From Candidatus Woesebacteria bacterium (GTDB lineage: Bacteria > Patescibacteriota > Microgenomatia > UBA8517), in NCBI GenBank assembly GCA_013374835.1, contig CP055307.1, positions 407,315-471,314 on the forward strand: 64,000 bases of DNA. Reading direction: 5' to 3'. Under the pieces are notes generated by a model. It saw nothing but the letters and a program-made list of their open reading frames with translations. It made no database searches and was not told where the DNA came from. Numbering within the stretch: position 1 is the first letter of the stretch; every line of letters begins with the position of its first letter. Shown piece after piece: positions 1 through 9,120 of this stretch. A program made the translations under genes and the position numbers.

Positions 1-276
1 TTTGAGATTGTTAAGCGCAGTAGTATTACCAATAAATACAATTGGCCGAATTATGTTATTGCAAAAAGACTCAAGGCAGAAGGTAAAACTTGGTTAGGTC
101 AGGAAGTGATACATATTCAACTAAACTTTACCGGTAATAAATCGGATATCAAACCAAACCCGGCTGAAATAAAACAATTCAAGTGGATAGATTGCGGAGA
201 GCTTGAGAGTCACTTTGTTATTCCAAATCAATGGAATGTGGCAAAAGAGGTTTTCAAGGATCTTAGCCTTCTCTAA
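1..276 (+). CDS. NUDIX hydrolase (RppH-like) C-terminal part, 5' truncated by the window edge
   Basis: Frame-1 translation FEIVKRSS...NWPNYVIAKRL...KQFKWIDCGELESHFVIPNQWNVAKEVFKDL matches the C-terminal pattern of RppH/NudH (NW..YkLp...qkwf...W.W....el). The stop codon is at 274-276. Confidence 0.5.
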   Translation, partial: FEIVKRSSITNKYNWPNYVIAKRLKAEGKTWLGQEVIHIQLNFTGNKSDIKPNPAEIKQFKWIDCGELESHFVIPNQWNVAKEVFKDLSLL

Positions 277-529
277 AACCAATTATCTGGTATCCATATT
301 TTTCAACTTCTTTTTTGCTCCAAAAAGGTAAATCCCTGGTCTTAACAACATAAGTAACTTTCTTCTCAATGATTCTTCCGGTATAGCTCTTTTTCTTTGG
401 ATCCCATTCTTTAAGAACCAAGATATCTCCTTCGCTGCATTCAAAATCATTAAGTCTCACTTCAAAATTCTTGTCTCCCTTTAGAATTGCATCAAAGTAC
501 GGCAGTTGAACTTTCTTTTCTATTTTCAT
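263..529 (-). CDS. ASCH/DUF3850-like PUA-fold protein
   Basis: The 88-aa product (MKIEKKVQLPYFDAILKGDKNFEVRLNDFE...GDILVLKEW) fits the ASCH/DUF3850 pattern. Confidence 0.55.
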   Translation of the reverse strand: MKIEKKVQLPYFDAILKGDKNFEVRLNDFECSEGDILVLKEWDPKKKSYTGRIIEKKVTYVVKTRDLPFWSKKEVEKYGYQIIGFREG

Positions 530-1054
530 GGTTTTGCAGTTATTATACCGAATATGGGCTCAAAACAATACCAAGAAGCCAGACTTTATTTGTTTACCAA
601 CTCATATTGTGGAAGAAGGATAATTTTATACTTAAAAAATAAGTGTAAAAAGAGAAGATTATCACAACGAATTAAACGACTAGCGATTGTTTTAAACTTC
701 AATTTCAAAAAACTCGAAAGGCTTATAAATGACGACTTAATATCAACCTGTCCTTATAAAAGACTGCCAAATAAATTGAAAATCTATCTTGAAATAGAAA
801 AAGAATTATCAGCTCTGGTAGAAGAAAAACTGGATGAGTACTCTACGGCACTTGAAGATTACCAAAGGCAACTACTAGCACCCGCTATTGAGAGGGCAGC
901 TGGTAATCTTATGAAAGATGTCGACGATCGAGAGTTCGATAAAACGCTAGAATTAAAAATAAGAAAATATACCTATATTTATTATAGGACTGTATATAAA
1001 TATAAGTTACCAACTTTGAGGATTGTACCCTTCATACTTAGACTAATCTCTTAA
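506..1054 (+). CDS. hypothetical protein (lysine-rich; start uncertain)
   Basis: A long ORF with a + strand intrinsic terminator downstream at ~1218. No recognisable domain. Confidence 0.25.
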   Translation: MNFLFYFHGFAVIIPNMGSKQYQEARLYLFTNSYCGRRIILYLKNKCKKRRLSQRIKRLAIVLNFNFKKLERLINDDLISTCPYKRLPNKLKIYLEIEKELSALVEEKLDEYSTALEDYQRQLLAPAIERAAGNLMKDVDDREFDKTLELKIRKYTYIYYRTVYKYKLPTLRIVPFILRLIS

Positions 1055-1217
1055 ATGTCTCAAAATCATTATTGACATATTTTGATATAGTCACTCTTGT
1101 CCACTGAAATATGATATAATTCAACTATGAAAGTTAGATTAAGCGTAAATTATTGGTACGACAGACCTCTCAGGGAGGCTTTGTTGTTGTGAGTTAAAAA
1201 CCAATAGGTTAAACAGC

Positions 1218-1242
1218 AAACCTCCCAAACGGGAGGTTTTTT
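1218..1242 (+). terminator. rho-independent terminator hairpin (AAACCTCCC-AAAC-GGGAGGTTT + T6)
   Basis: Perfect 9-bp stem followed by TTTTTT, lying immediately before the racemase RBS. Confidence 0.6.
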
Positions 1243-1255
1243 AGTGGAGAAAATT

Positions 1256-1978
1256 ATGAAAAAAGCAGGAATCATCGGAGGATTGGGACCAGAAACTTCA
1301 GCCAAATTTTGTCTGGAGGTAGGTTTTGCTTGTTCAAAAAAGACAGGAATCAGACCAAATATTTTAGTATCAAATGTGGCAATTCCTCTTCGGACTGAAA
1401 GTGAAATCATAAACGGCAGAAATAAAGGGAAAATCTTACCACTTTTGATTGACTCGGCAAAACAACTGGAAAAAGCGGGGGCTGATTTTATTGTCATTCC
1501 CTGTAACACCGTTCATGTCTTTATCGAGGAGATAAGAAAGTCGGTTAAGATTCCTGTTTTAAGTATTGTTGAGGAGGCTGTTACTTTCCTAAATTCAAAA
1601 GGTGTTAAAAAAGTTGGACTGCTTGGAACAAATACAACAATAAAAGAAAAATTATTTGACAGACAGTTAAAACAAAACGGAATTAAAATAGTCATCCCAG
1701 ATAACTCTAATCAGACAAAATTAAGTCTACTAATAGACCGTTTAGTCAAAAAATTACCCAACAAAAGAGATAAACAAAAGTTGTTAGAGATAATCGATAG
1801 GTTTACCGCTAAAAATGTCGATTGCGTCCTTCTGGCCTGTACAGATTTGCAACTCCTGATTAAAAACCATAATAAGGTAAGAATTTTTGATACATTGGAT
1901 ATTCTCGCAAAAGCAACTGTCCGGGAAATAATAAATACCACTCCTGTTAGCAGAAAAGCCGGCTTTGAGCTAAAATAG
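1256..1978 (+). CDS. aspartate/glutamate racemase family protein
   Basis: Has the GIIGG(L)GPE(T)S motif, then DFIVIPCNTVH and CVLLACTDL (the two catalytic Cys regions of Asp/Glu racemases). The ORF track starts at a GTG at 1244; the ATG at 1256 is more likely. Confidence 0.8.
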   Translation: MKKAGIIGGLGPETSAKFCLEVGFACSKKTGIRPNILVSNVAIPLRTESEIINGRNKGKILPLLIDSAKQLEKAGADFIVIPCNTVHVFIEEIRKSVKIPVLSIVEEAVTFLNSKGVKKVGLLGTNTTIKEKLFDRQLKQNGIKIVIPDNSNQTKLSLLIDRLVKKLPNKRDKQKLLEIIDRFTAKNVDCVLLACTDLQLLIKNHNKVRIFDTLDILAKATVREIINTTPVSRKAGFELK

Positions 1979-1984
1979 CTTCAT

Positions 1985-2608
1985 ATGAATGTTTATTCTG
2001 TCAGGCATGGACAATCTGAAGGAAATTTAAAAGGTCTTTATCAAGGGCCTGATGTCCCCTTGTCCCAAAAAGGCAAAGAACAAGCCAAAACCCTAGCCAA
2101 AAGGTTAAAAAATATCCCTATCGATGTCATCTATACCAGCCCTTTTATTCGTGCCAAAGAAACAGCCGAAATTATTGCCAAAGAACTGAAACTCCCAATT
2201 GAATATTGGGAAAGTTTAAAAGAAAGGGAAAGACCAACCGAATTGGAGGGATTACATATAGATGACCCAAAAGCAAGCGAAATAAAAGAACAAATTGCCC
2301 AAAATTGGTTAAAAGGAAACTGGAAGCACTCTGACGATGAAAGTTTTGAGGACCTAAAAAGCCGAGGACTAAAAATGGTTAAGCACCTGTTAGAAAAGCA
2401 CAGAAATCAGAATGTTTTGTGCGTTTCTCACGGAACAATAATGAAGATGATAGTAGTTTGCTCGATTTTCGGAGAAAAACTAACTCCTGAAGTCTTTTGG
2501 GAATTTAACAGTCACACCTGGAGCCAAAACACTGGCATCACCCACCTTGAGTTTATTGATAAATATGGCTGGGGTTTATTGACCTTGAACGACACAACAC
2601 ATTTATGA
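1985..2608 (+). CDS. histidine phosphatase family (phosphoglycerate mutase-like) protein
   Basis: Carries the RHGQSEGN catalytic motif (RHG...) and the SPFIRAKETA motif. Confidence 0.85.
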   Translation: MNVYSVRHGQSEGNLKGLYQGPDVPLSQKGKEQAKTLAKRLKNIPIDVIYTSPFIRAKETAEIIAKELKLPIEYWESLKERERPTELEGLHIDDPKASEIKEQIAQNWLKGNWKHSDDESFEDLKSRGLKMVKHLLEKHRNQNVLCVSHGTIMKMIVVCSIFGEKLTPEVFWEFNSHTWSQNTGITHLEFIDKYGWGLLTLNDTTHL

Positions 2609-2630
2609 AAAACGTAGCTTATTACAAACC

Positions 2631-3335
2631 ATGTTTATGAATAAACTATTTCTTTCAGGTGGTGGCGACAATGAAGAATTTGAGTTTCATAAAAAGTTCT
2701 TCGACTTACTGCCAAATAAAAAATTTATCTATATCCCTGTTGCCATGGAAGGGAGCAAAAAATACCCCTACCCCAAGTGCTATGAGTGGATCATGGGAAC
2801 ATTTTCAGAAGTTGCGGGGAGTAGTAAATTCGAAATAAAGATGGTTACCGATCTTGGTAGAGTAGATATAGAATACTTGAGATCTTATAGTGGTATTTAT
2901 ATTGGAGGGGGCAACACCTACAAACTCCTAAGAAACATTAAAAACATGGGCTTTGATGTAATTCTTAAGGAGTTTCTCCAAAATTACGGCCCAATTTATG
3001 GTGGCAGCGCCGGAGCAATAATTTTTGGTAAAAATATCGAAACATCAGGGGACGAAAATAATATCAATTATAAGGAAACAGATGGGCTTAATATGTTAAG
3101 AGATCTTTCGGTTGTTTGTCATTACGAAGGAACAGATAAAGAAAAGACAAAGATTATTGAATTTTTCAGAAAGCATAAAAGTGGAGTTATAGCTTTGCCT
3201 GAAGGGACCGGGCTAGTTGTATCTGACAAAAAAGTTGAAGTCATCGGCAAAGAATCTGCCACAGCATTTCTTTTAACGGGTTTCCCTTTTGAAATTTCCA
3301 AGGGCAAAATTAATTTCGAAAACCATTTTAAATAA
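2631..3335 (+). CDS. peptidase S51 (dipeptidase E / cyanophycinase-like) family protein
   Basis: Has the GGSAGA nucleophile motif, a GGG... N-terminus and class I glutamine amidotransferase-like organisation. Confidence 0.55.
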   Translation: MFMNKLFLSGGGDNEEFEFHKKFFDLLPNKKFIYIPVAMEGSKKYPYPKCYEWIMGTFSEVAGSSKFEIKMVTDLGRVDIEYLRSYSGIYIGGGNTYKLLRNIKNMGFDVILKEFLQNYGPIYGGSAGAIIFGKNIETSGDENNINYKETDGLNMLRDLSVVCHYEGTDKEKTKIIEFFRKHKSGVIALPEGTGLVVSDKKVEVIGKESATAFLLTGFPFEISKGKINFENHFK

Positions 3336-3847
3336 TGCTTACTAAAGAAGAAAAGGATTATTTATCAAAAATTAATCCCAACAAAAAAGTCTCGATATAT
3401 CCATTTGACCCAAAAGGTAAGGCCTTAGGAGAAACAATTGTTAAACAGATTAAAAATCATTTTCCCAATCTTGAAGTACTGTTTATGGGATCGGTAGCAC
3501 TGGGAATATCAGGGCAAAAAGACATTGATATTTATGCCCTGGCTTATCCTAAAGATTTTGGTAAGTATTTACCAATTTTTGAAAAGCTTTTTGGAAAAGT
3601 TGATAAACAATGGAAATATGTCAAAAAGACTTTTGTTGAATGGAAATTTAAAAAGGATGGCTACGAGATAGAAATTTATTTGACTGAACCACCAGAAAGA
3701 CAAATCAGAGTCTATGAGATACTCAAATCAAACAAAGAACTATTAAAAGAATATCAGAAGTTAAAACTTGAATTTAATGGCAAGAGTTTTAGAGATTATC
3801 AAAAAGCAAAATACGAGTTTTATAATAAAATACTAAACAATGAATAA
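3335..3847 (+). CDS. GrpB-like nucleotidyltransferase-fold protein
   Basis: The GSVALGISGQKDIDI motif resembles the GrpB/UPF0157 core (GSTAVPG..K..IDI). Confidence 0.4.
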   Translation: MLTKEEKDYLSKINPNKKVSIYPFDPKGKALGETIVKQIKNHFPNLEVLFMGSVALGISGQKDIDIYALAYPKDFGKYLPIFEKLFGKVDKQWKYVKKTFVEWKFKKDGYEIEIYLTEPPERQIRVYEILKSNKELLKEYQKLKLEFNGKSFRDYQKAKYEFYNKILNNE

Positions 3848-4178
3848 ACAAAAAACAGATGATTTTTATTGTGATTTAGTATTCAGCAGAAAAGTCAAAG
3901 TTAATAAGCTTAAGGAAACAGAAAATATCCTTGCTTTTCATCACAAAAAACGCTATAGCAATCTTTTTCGCGAGTTTAATGAGCAAAAGACTCCTGAAGC
4001 AAGGTTTCTGAAAGAGATTGATAAGCTTGAGATGGCTTTCCAAGCCTTTGAGTATGAACAAAAAAGATATCCTTCTCACCTTTTCGATGAGTTCTGGGAA
4101 AACTCCGAAAAATATCTACGGGGAGGGAAACTTGAATATATTTTTCGTGAGCTTGAGATGATGAGAAAGAAATTGTAA
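3840..4178 (+). CDS. HD-domain 5'-deoxynucleotidase (YfbR/HDDC2-like) C-terminal half; the N-terminal HD motif is missing, so a possible gene remnant
   Basis: EFNEQKTPEARFLKEIDKLEMAFQAFEYE matches the HDDC2/YfbR C-terminal helix (EAKFVKQLDQCEMILQASEYE). There is no H..HD metal-binding N-terminal half, and the upstream gene abuts it. Confidence 0.4.
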   Translation: MNKQKTDDFYCDLVFSRKVKVNKLKETENILAFHHKKRYSNLFREFNEQKTPEARFLKEIDKLEMAFQAFEYEQKRYPSHLFDEFWENSEKYLRGGKLEYIFRELEMMRKKL

Positions 4179-4193
4179 ATAGTGGAGTATTAT

Positions 4194-4538
4194 TCACCTT
4201 AAAATATCCCACCCTGGGATATTTTTTCTCTTTTGGAATTTTTCTGGTACTTTGTCCTCAAATTCAATCTCAAATCTGCTTTTCTTCTCGGTCCACTTAA
4301 ATTCAAACCAAATATTTTCAATCTCTCTAAGTTTGCATCTTATCGAGAAACGATAAACAACGCCTTTTACCGGTGTTTTATAAATCTTTATTGTCGTCCT
4401 TTTTTTATCTTTTCTTATCCTCTTTGTTCCTGTGTATTTGTCAATAACAAATCCGGTTTCTATAAAACCGAGCTTTTGACAGAGATTGTAAGCTTCTTTG
4501 TTTGTTAAAACTATTCGGTGCTCCATTTTGATCATCAT
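4194..4538 (-). CDS. GNAT-like C-terminal fragment with a lysine-rich tail (possible remnant)
   Basis: Only the distal GNAT motif (NLCQKLGFIETGF) is present; the acetyl-CoA binding N-terminal part is absent. Confidence 0.3.
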   Translation of the reverse strand: MMIKMEHRIVLTNKEAYNLCQKLGFIETGFVIDKYTGTKRIRKDKKRTTIKIYKTPVKGVVYRFSIRCKLREIENIWFEFKWTEKKSRFEIEFEDKVPEKFQKRKNIPGWDILR

Positions 4539-4576
4539 ATCATATTGTTTGGTAGTATTTTGGTTAAGGTAACAAA

Positions 4577-5374
4577 ATGTATAATTTGGCTATGCTGAAA
4601 ATTTATAGAGAGTCTGTGATAGCCGGTTTTACGCAGGTTGCTAATTATAAAAGCGAGATATGGCTTGCGGTTTTGGCAAAGGTGTTTCAGGTTTTTCTTC
4701 TAGTTTTATTTTGGAATGTAATCTCAAAAACATCTCAAATAAAACTTGAAGTTGGCGAACTAATTTCCTATTTTTTTATAGCCAACACAGTTCAGGTCTT
4801 GGTGGATGGAGAAGCTCTTCGTTTTGCAAGACTTTTAACTGAGGAGATTAAAAATGGCACTGTCAGCTCTTTTTTGGTACGTCCAGTTAATGTGCCTATT
4901 TTTCTTTATACTAGGTTTCTTGGCAATCAGGGATTGGTGATTATCATCACTCTTGTCATTACAGTTTTGGGGTTTGTTGTTTATTTTCAGGGTAATTTGA
5001 TAAAAATACTTTTATTTATATTAACAGTTTTTTTTGCTTTTCTTTGCGCATTTGGCCTAAATCTAATAGTGGGATCGTTTTCATTTTGGACAACCGAGTC
5101 AAAGGGGATTAAACATGTTGTGTCCCATGTTATAAGGGTCTTTGGTGGATCGTTAATCCCAATAACGTTTTTCCCCTACAAGATTAAATTATTAATCCTT
5201 GCGACGCCTTTCCCGTCGTTTGCTTATATTCCAGGAATACTTATAAGGGGCAGTATTACAAGTGAGATAGTTTTTGGCATTTTTTCTGCATTTGCCTGGT
5301 CGTCTTTACTTCTGTTTTTTGGATTTTGGCTTTGGAAGAAAGGAGTAAGACAATATGAATCTGTCGGAATTTAA
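4577..5374 (+). CDS. ABC-2 family transporter permease
   Basis: 265-aa multi-TM protein at the head of a three-gene permease-permease-ATPase operon. Confidence 0.75.
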   Translation: MYNLAMLKIYRESVIAGFTQVANYKSEIWLAVLAKVFQVFLLVLFWNVISKTSQIKLEVGELISYFFIANTVQVLVDGEALRFARLLTEEIKNGTVSSFLVRPVNVPIFLYTRFLGNQGLVIIITLVITVLGFVVYFQGNLIKILLFILTVFFAFLCAFGLNLIVGSFSFWTTESKGIKHVVSHVIRVFGGSLIPITFFPYKIKLLILATPFPSFAYIPGILIRGSITSEIVFGIFSAFAWSSLLLFFGFWLWKKGVRQYESVGI

Positions 5375-6182
5375 AGAAGGGGTTTTTATTAGGTGGAAAA
5401 TTCTTAAAGCTAATACAAAATATTCATTCCAAGAGAGTGTTTCCTATACTGCTAATAACTGGGGATCTTTGGCATCGACTCTTATTTTTATGATTACCTT
5501 TTTGATTTTCGTTTCGGCAATTTATGGGAATGTTAGAAGTATTGCTGGTTATTCATATTCTGAGATGCTGGTTTTTGTTTTTGTTGCTCAGATTAATTTT
5601 TATCTTACTTGGACTTTTAGTATCTCTAATGTTGTTAAACTCGGGCAGGGTGTGAAAACCGGAGAGTTGGACCTTTATTTAACAAAACCAGTTCCGCATC
5701 TTTGGTTTGTTACTTTTAGAAAAATTGACTTGGTTTTGCTTTTTTCAAATGCTATCCCCTCTTTAATTCCACTATTTTATTTACTTATTAAAAATTACGA
5801 TTTAGATATAGGAATGGAAAACTTGCTTTTGGGTATCATAATGATTATTCTCGGACAGATATTTTTGCATTGTTTTCAGTTTATTATTCTTCTTGGTGCA
5901 TTTTGGACTGGAGAGGCTAGAGGATTTGAGCTTTTGGCTTATCAGTTGGGTAATTATAACGAACCAATTCCGTTTGAGGGGTATCCAGCAAATTTCAGAA
6001 ACTGGGGGTTTGTGATTTTGCCTGTTATTTTTCATACTGCTTTAACATCTTCTTATCTTTTGGGCAAAACCAGTGATTTAAGCTTGTTTTTACTAGTCTT
6101 GAGTGCGACAATTATTGCGTTATTTGCTAAAAATTTTGTTTGGAAATTGGCTTTAAGACAATATTCCTCAGCATCGTCGTAA
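5355..6182 (+). CDS. ABC-2 family transporter permease (second subunit)
   Basis: 275-aa multi-TM protein translationally coupled to both neighbouring genes. Confidence 0.75.
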   Translation: MNLSEFKEGVFIRWKILKANTKYSFQESVSYTANNWGSLASTLIFMITFLIFVSAIYGNVRSIAGYSYSEMLVFVFVAQINFYLTWTFSISNVVKLGQGVKTGELDLYLTKPVPHLWFVTFRKIDLVLLFSNAIPSLIPLFYLLIKNYDLDIGMENLLLGIIMIILGQIFLHCFQFIILLGAFWTGEARGFELLAYQLGNYNEPIPFEGYPANFRNWGFVILPVIFHTALTSSYLLGKTSDLSLFLLVLSATIIALFAKNFVWKLALRQYSSASS

Positions 6183-6186
6183 AGAT

Positions 6187-7146
6187 ATGAATGTAATTTC
6201 GGTAACCAATCTAACAAAGATATATAAAGTCATAAAAAGGGACAGAGGATTTATAAAGAATCTTTTTATTCCCGGCTATAGAGAGATACTTGCAGTTGAT
6301 AAAATCAGCTTCTCTGTCAAGGCTGGGGAGTCTATTGCCTTTTTGGGACCAAATGGAGCGGGCAAAACTACAACTCTTAAGATGCTTACTGGTTTAATTT
6401 ATCCAACTGAGGGTGATATTTCGGTTTTAGGATTTACACCTACTGACAGGAAGAGAGAATTTTTGAGAAATATCGCACTTGTTATGGGTAATAAGAACAG
6501 CCTTTCTTGGGATTTGACGGCAAGGCAAAATCTTTCGCTTTTTATTAGCATGTATAAAACTACTGAAAAAAATTCATGGAAGGCTATTTATGAGATGGCT
6601 CAAATGCTTGAGGTTGATGATCTTTTTGAGACTCAAATTAGAAAGATGTCCCTAGGGCAGAGATTAAAATTTGAACTTATTGCTGCTATATTTCATAAAC
6701 CCGCGATTCTTTTTCTTGACGAACCTACGATTGGATTGGATATTATTTCAAAAAGAAAAATTAGGCAATTCTTAAGACATGTTAACGAAACCGAAGAAAC
6801 AACGATTATTCTTACCAGTCATGAAATGGCTGATATTGAGAAGGTATGCGACAGAGTCATTGTCATTAATCAAGGAAAAATTGTTTTTGACGGTTCAATG
6901 ATTACGTTAATCAGTAAATACAAAGACAAAAAATATTTTGATGTAATTTTCAAAAAAGAAGTAAACAAAGATAGACTTGAAAAATACGGTAAAATTGTTT
7001 CTCAGCATAATCTTTCGTGTACCTTTGAGGTGCCAAGGGAAAAGCAAGGAGAAGCAATTTCCAAAATTATCTCAAAATTGCCGGTTGAGGATATTAATAT
7101 TAAGCCCACTCCGCTAGATGAGATTATTGAGGATTTATTTAAATGA
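6187..7146 (+). CDS. ABC transporter ATP-binding protein
   Basis: Walker A GPNGAGKTT, signature-like LSLGQR and Walker B LFLDEPT. Confidence 0.9.
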   Translation: MNVISVTNLTKIYKVIKRDRGFIKNLFIPGYREILAVDKISFSVKAGESIAFLGPNGAGKTTTLKMLTGLIYPTEGDISVLGFTPTDRKREFLRNIALVMGNKNSLSWDLTARQNLSLFISMYKTTEKNSWKAIYEMAQMLEVDDLFETQIRKMSLGQRLKFELIAAIFHKPAILFLDEPTIGLDIISKRKIRQFLRHVNETEETTIILTSHEMADIEKVCDRVIVINQGKIVFDGSMITLISKYKDKKYFDVIFKKEVNKDRLEKYGKIVSQHNLSCTFEVPREKQGEAISKIISKLPVEDINIKPTPLDEIIEDLFK

Positions 7147-7519
7147 AAGTAAAAGTAATCATTGGCTCAAATAATCAAGATAAAGTAGAAATTGTTAAAA
7201 TTGTTTAATCTTCATTTGAATGTTGAGATTTGAGGAATAAAAGAATAATTGATGAATTTAATATTTCTTGCTTCGTTTTTTGCTATTTTTTTTATAGTGA
7301 ACTTGGGAAGTTTGGTAACTCTATTAAATATAGAGTTTGTTTTAGGCATTGGATAGAAGCTCTCTTTATTCATCATTTTTAACGCGCCCTGCCTTTTCGG
7401 CTAGCTTTTCGGTTAAATTGTCCGGGCCGGGGCACTGATTTCAAGGACAGTATCGTTTTTATTCAGATCTGCGAATTTGTTTGACATCCACTTAGAGTAT
7501 TATGGCGGAGAGCTGTTTT

Positions 7520-7912
7520 TTATTCGGTAGTTATTCCGTCAAAGTGTTCCTCGTTTGCGAGAGCGTCTTTTTTGGTGGGATGAATGGTTCCATCTTTGTG
7601 TTCCGGAGGTGAATACACCGTATAAAGCTTGAGATCTGTTTGGCCCGTATTAATTATATTGTGCTTTGTTCCTTTTGGTACTATAACAACGCTTTCGGCT
7701 TTGACATCATATTGTTCGTTGTTTAAAACCGCTTTGCCAGTTCCTGCTTCGATTCGGATAAATTGATCAAGGTCATGAACTTCTTCCCCAATATCTTCTC
7801 CCGGAGGAATAGACATGACAACAAGCTGGCTGTTTGGTGCTGTGTAGAGCACTTTTCTGAAGTTTGTATTATTAATGGTTAGCTCTTCTATGTTACCAAT
7901 AAAACCTTTCAT
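7520..7912 (-). CDS. cupin domain protein
   Basis: 130 aa with the two cupin His motifs (G.EVHDLDQFIRIEAG...PKGTKHNIINTG). Confidence 0.8.
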   Translation of the reverse strand: MKGFIGNIEELTINNTNFRKVLYTAPNSQLVVMSIPPGEDIGEEVHDLDQFIRIEAGTGKAVLNNEQYDVKAESVVIVPKGTKHNIINTGQTDLKLYTVYSPPEHKDGTIHPTKKDALANEEHFDGITTE

Positions 7913-7977
7913 GGGTATTTTAAAGATTAATGGTAAAAAATTATCGTGTCAAGCTTGTTTGTTAAGAAATTAAAAAA

Positions 7978-8009
7978 AGCGCCGGTAGATACTAAACGCG
8001 GCGCTTTTT
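7978..8009 (-). terminator. intrinsic terminator hairpin downstream of the RRM gene (A-run/T-run flanked, potentially bidirectional)
   Basis: Stem GCGCCG...CGGCGC flanked by AAAAAAA and TTTTT. Confidence 0.55.
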
Positions 8010-8025
8010 ATTAAATTTTAAAAAA

Positions 8026-8286
8026 TTAGTTTCTCTCTTTGGGAGGCCTTGCTTCACTTACAGTGATTTTTCTTCCTCCGACCTCGGTATCGTTTAATGT
8101 TTCAATCGCCTTTTTAGTATCTTCTTCCTTTTCCATTTCTACAAAAGCAAAACCCTTGCTTCTTCCTGTAAATTTATCAGTAATAATATTGCACGATACA
8201 ACCGCACCGATTTTTGAAAAGATTTCCTGAAGCTCTTCGTTTGTCAAGCTATAAGGAAGTCCTCCGACAAATAATCTTTTTGACAT
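8026..8286 (-). CDS. RRM-type RNA-binding protein
   Basis: RNP-2 motif LFVGGL and RNP-1 motif KGFAFVEM. A strong SD (AAGGTGGTG) lies upstream on the minus strand. Confidence 0.9.
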   Translation of the reverse strand: MSKRLFVGGLPYSLTNEELQEIFSKIGAVVSCNIITDKFTGRSKGFAFVEMEKEEDTKKAIETLNDTEVGGRKITVSEARPPKERN

Positions 8287-8406
8287 CTATAAATCACCAC
8301 CTTTTAACTTTTACTGCTTGAACTGGGTGATTAGAACGCTCAAAAGACTATTTATCTACGAGTGTCAATCTGTCCCAGAAACAGATATAGCATATTATAA
8401 CATAAT

Positions 8407-9045
8407 TTAAGATTTCCAAGCTTTATCAAGAATAGTAATTACTTTTTCATCTGTTACTTGGTCAAAATTATCATAGTAAACAGCTATAGAACCAAGATTT
8501 TTCTCAACAATTGGACAGATAAATTCGTTAATTTTTTGGGAAATTTTTTTGCCTGCCTCTACCGACGAGACGGGTACAGCAAATACAATTTTTTTGGGTT
8601 TAAATGATTTGGCAGCCTTGATGGCCGCTTGTGCTGTTACACCGGTTGCCAGGCCGTCGTCAACCAATATTACTGTTTTTCCTTTAATGTTTAGGGGTTT
8701 TTTTCTGTAAAGAATTTTTCTTCTTTTAAGTTCTTTTTTTTCTTTCTTTATTTCATTTATGAGGTCCTTTTTTTTGAGATTGAGAAGCTTGAGGCTTTTG
8801 ACATCAAAATAGGAGGAGTTGTTTTCCGAAATGGCGCCTAATCCAAACTCTTTATTGTGGGGTGCGCCTATTTTTCTGGTTACCAGAACATTCATTGGTA
8901 TTAGAAGTTTTTTGCTTATAAAATAAGCTATTTCCACTCCTCCTCTTGGAATAGCAAGAATAACCGCGTCTTTTTTGTATTTATATTTAAGCAGAAGATC
9001 TGCCAAGATTTTGCCTGCTTCTTGCCTATTTTTGTATCGAAGCAT
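8407..9045 (-). CDS. phosphoribosyltransferase family protein (type I PRTase) with a K-rich insertion
   Basis: PRPP-binding motif VILVDDGLATGVT. Contains the insertion KKKDLINEIKKEKKELKRRK. Confidence 0.8.
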   Translation of the reverse strand: MLRYKNRQEAGKILADLLLKYKYKKDAVILAIPRGGVEIAYFISKKLLIPMNVLVTRKIGAPHNKEFGLGAISENNSSYFDVKSLKLLNLKKKDLINEIKKEKKELKRRKILYRKKPLNIKGKTVILVDDGLATGVTAQAAIKAAKSFKPKKIVFAVPVSSVEAGKKISQKINEFICPIVEKNLGSIAVYYDNFDQVTDEKVITILDKAWKS

Positions 9046-9120
9046 TTGATTCTGTCTAGTTTATTTTAGACTAATTGGCAAGAATTTAAAAATGCGATAT
9101 ATTTAAATAAAGTAAGCAAA

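Noticed and set aside
1150-1509. A 119-aa minus-strand ORF overlapping the racemase gene, and similar antisense ORFs (1513-1695, 1711-1941, 11046-11741, 13101-13355, 28786-29249, 33614-34045, 41066-41392, 43373-43756, 50552-50989, 51410-51943, 62498-62962, etc.)
   Set aside because: They lie entirely inside well-supported genes on the opposite strand, have no domain signatures, and have low-complexity translations. They are by-products of AT-rich sequence.
7380-7460. A GC-rich tract resembling the GUCCGGGC P4-like element of RNase P RNA
   Set aside because: Only a short chance match. The rest of the 370-nt region is AT-rich and lacks the other universally conserved RNase P elements (GGUGAAANGGUGCGGUAAGAGCGCACC, ACAGAANCCGGCUUA).
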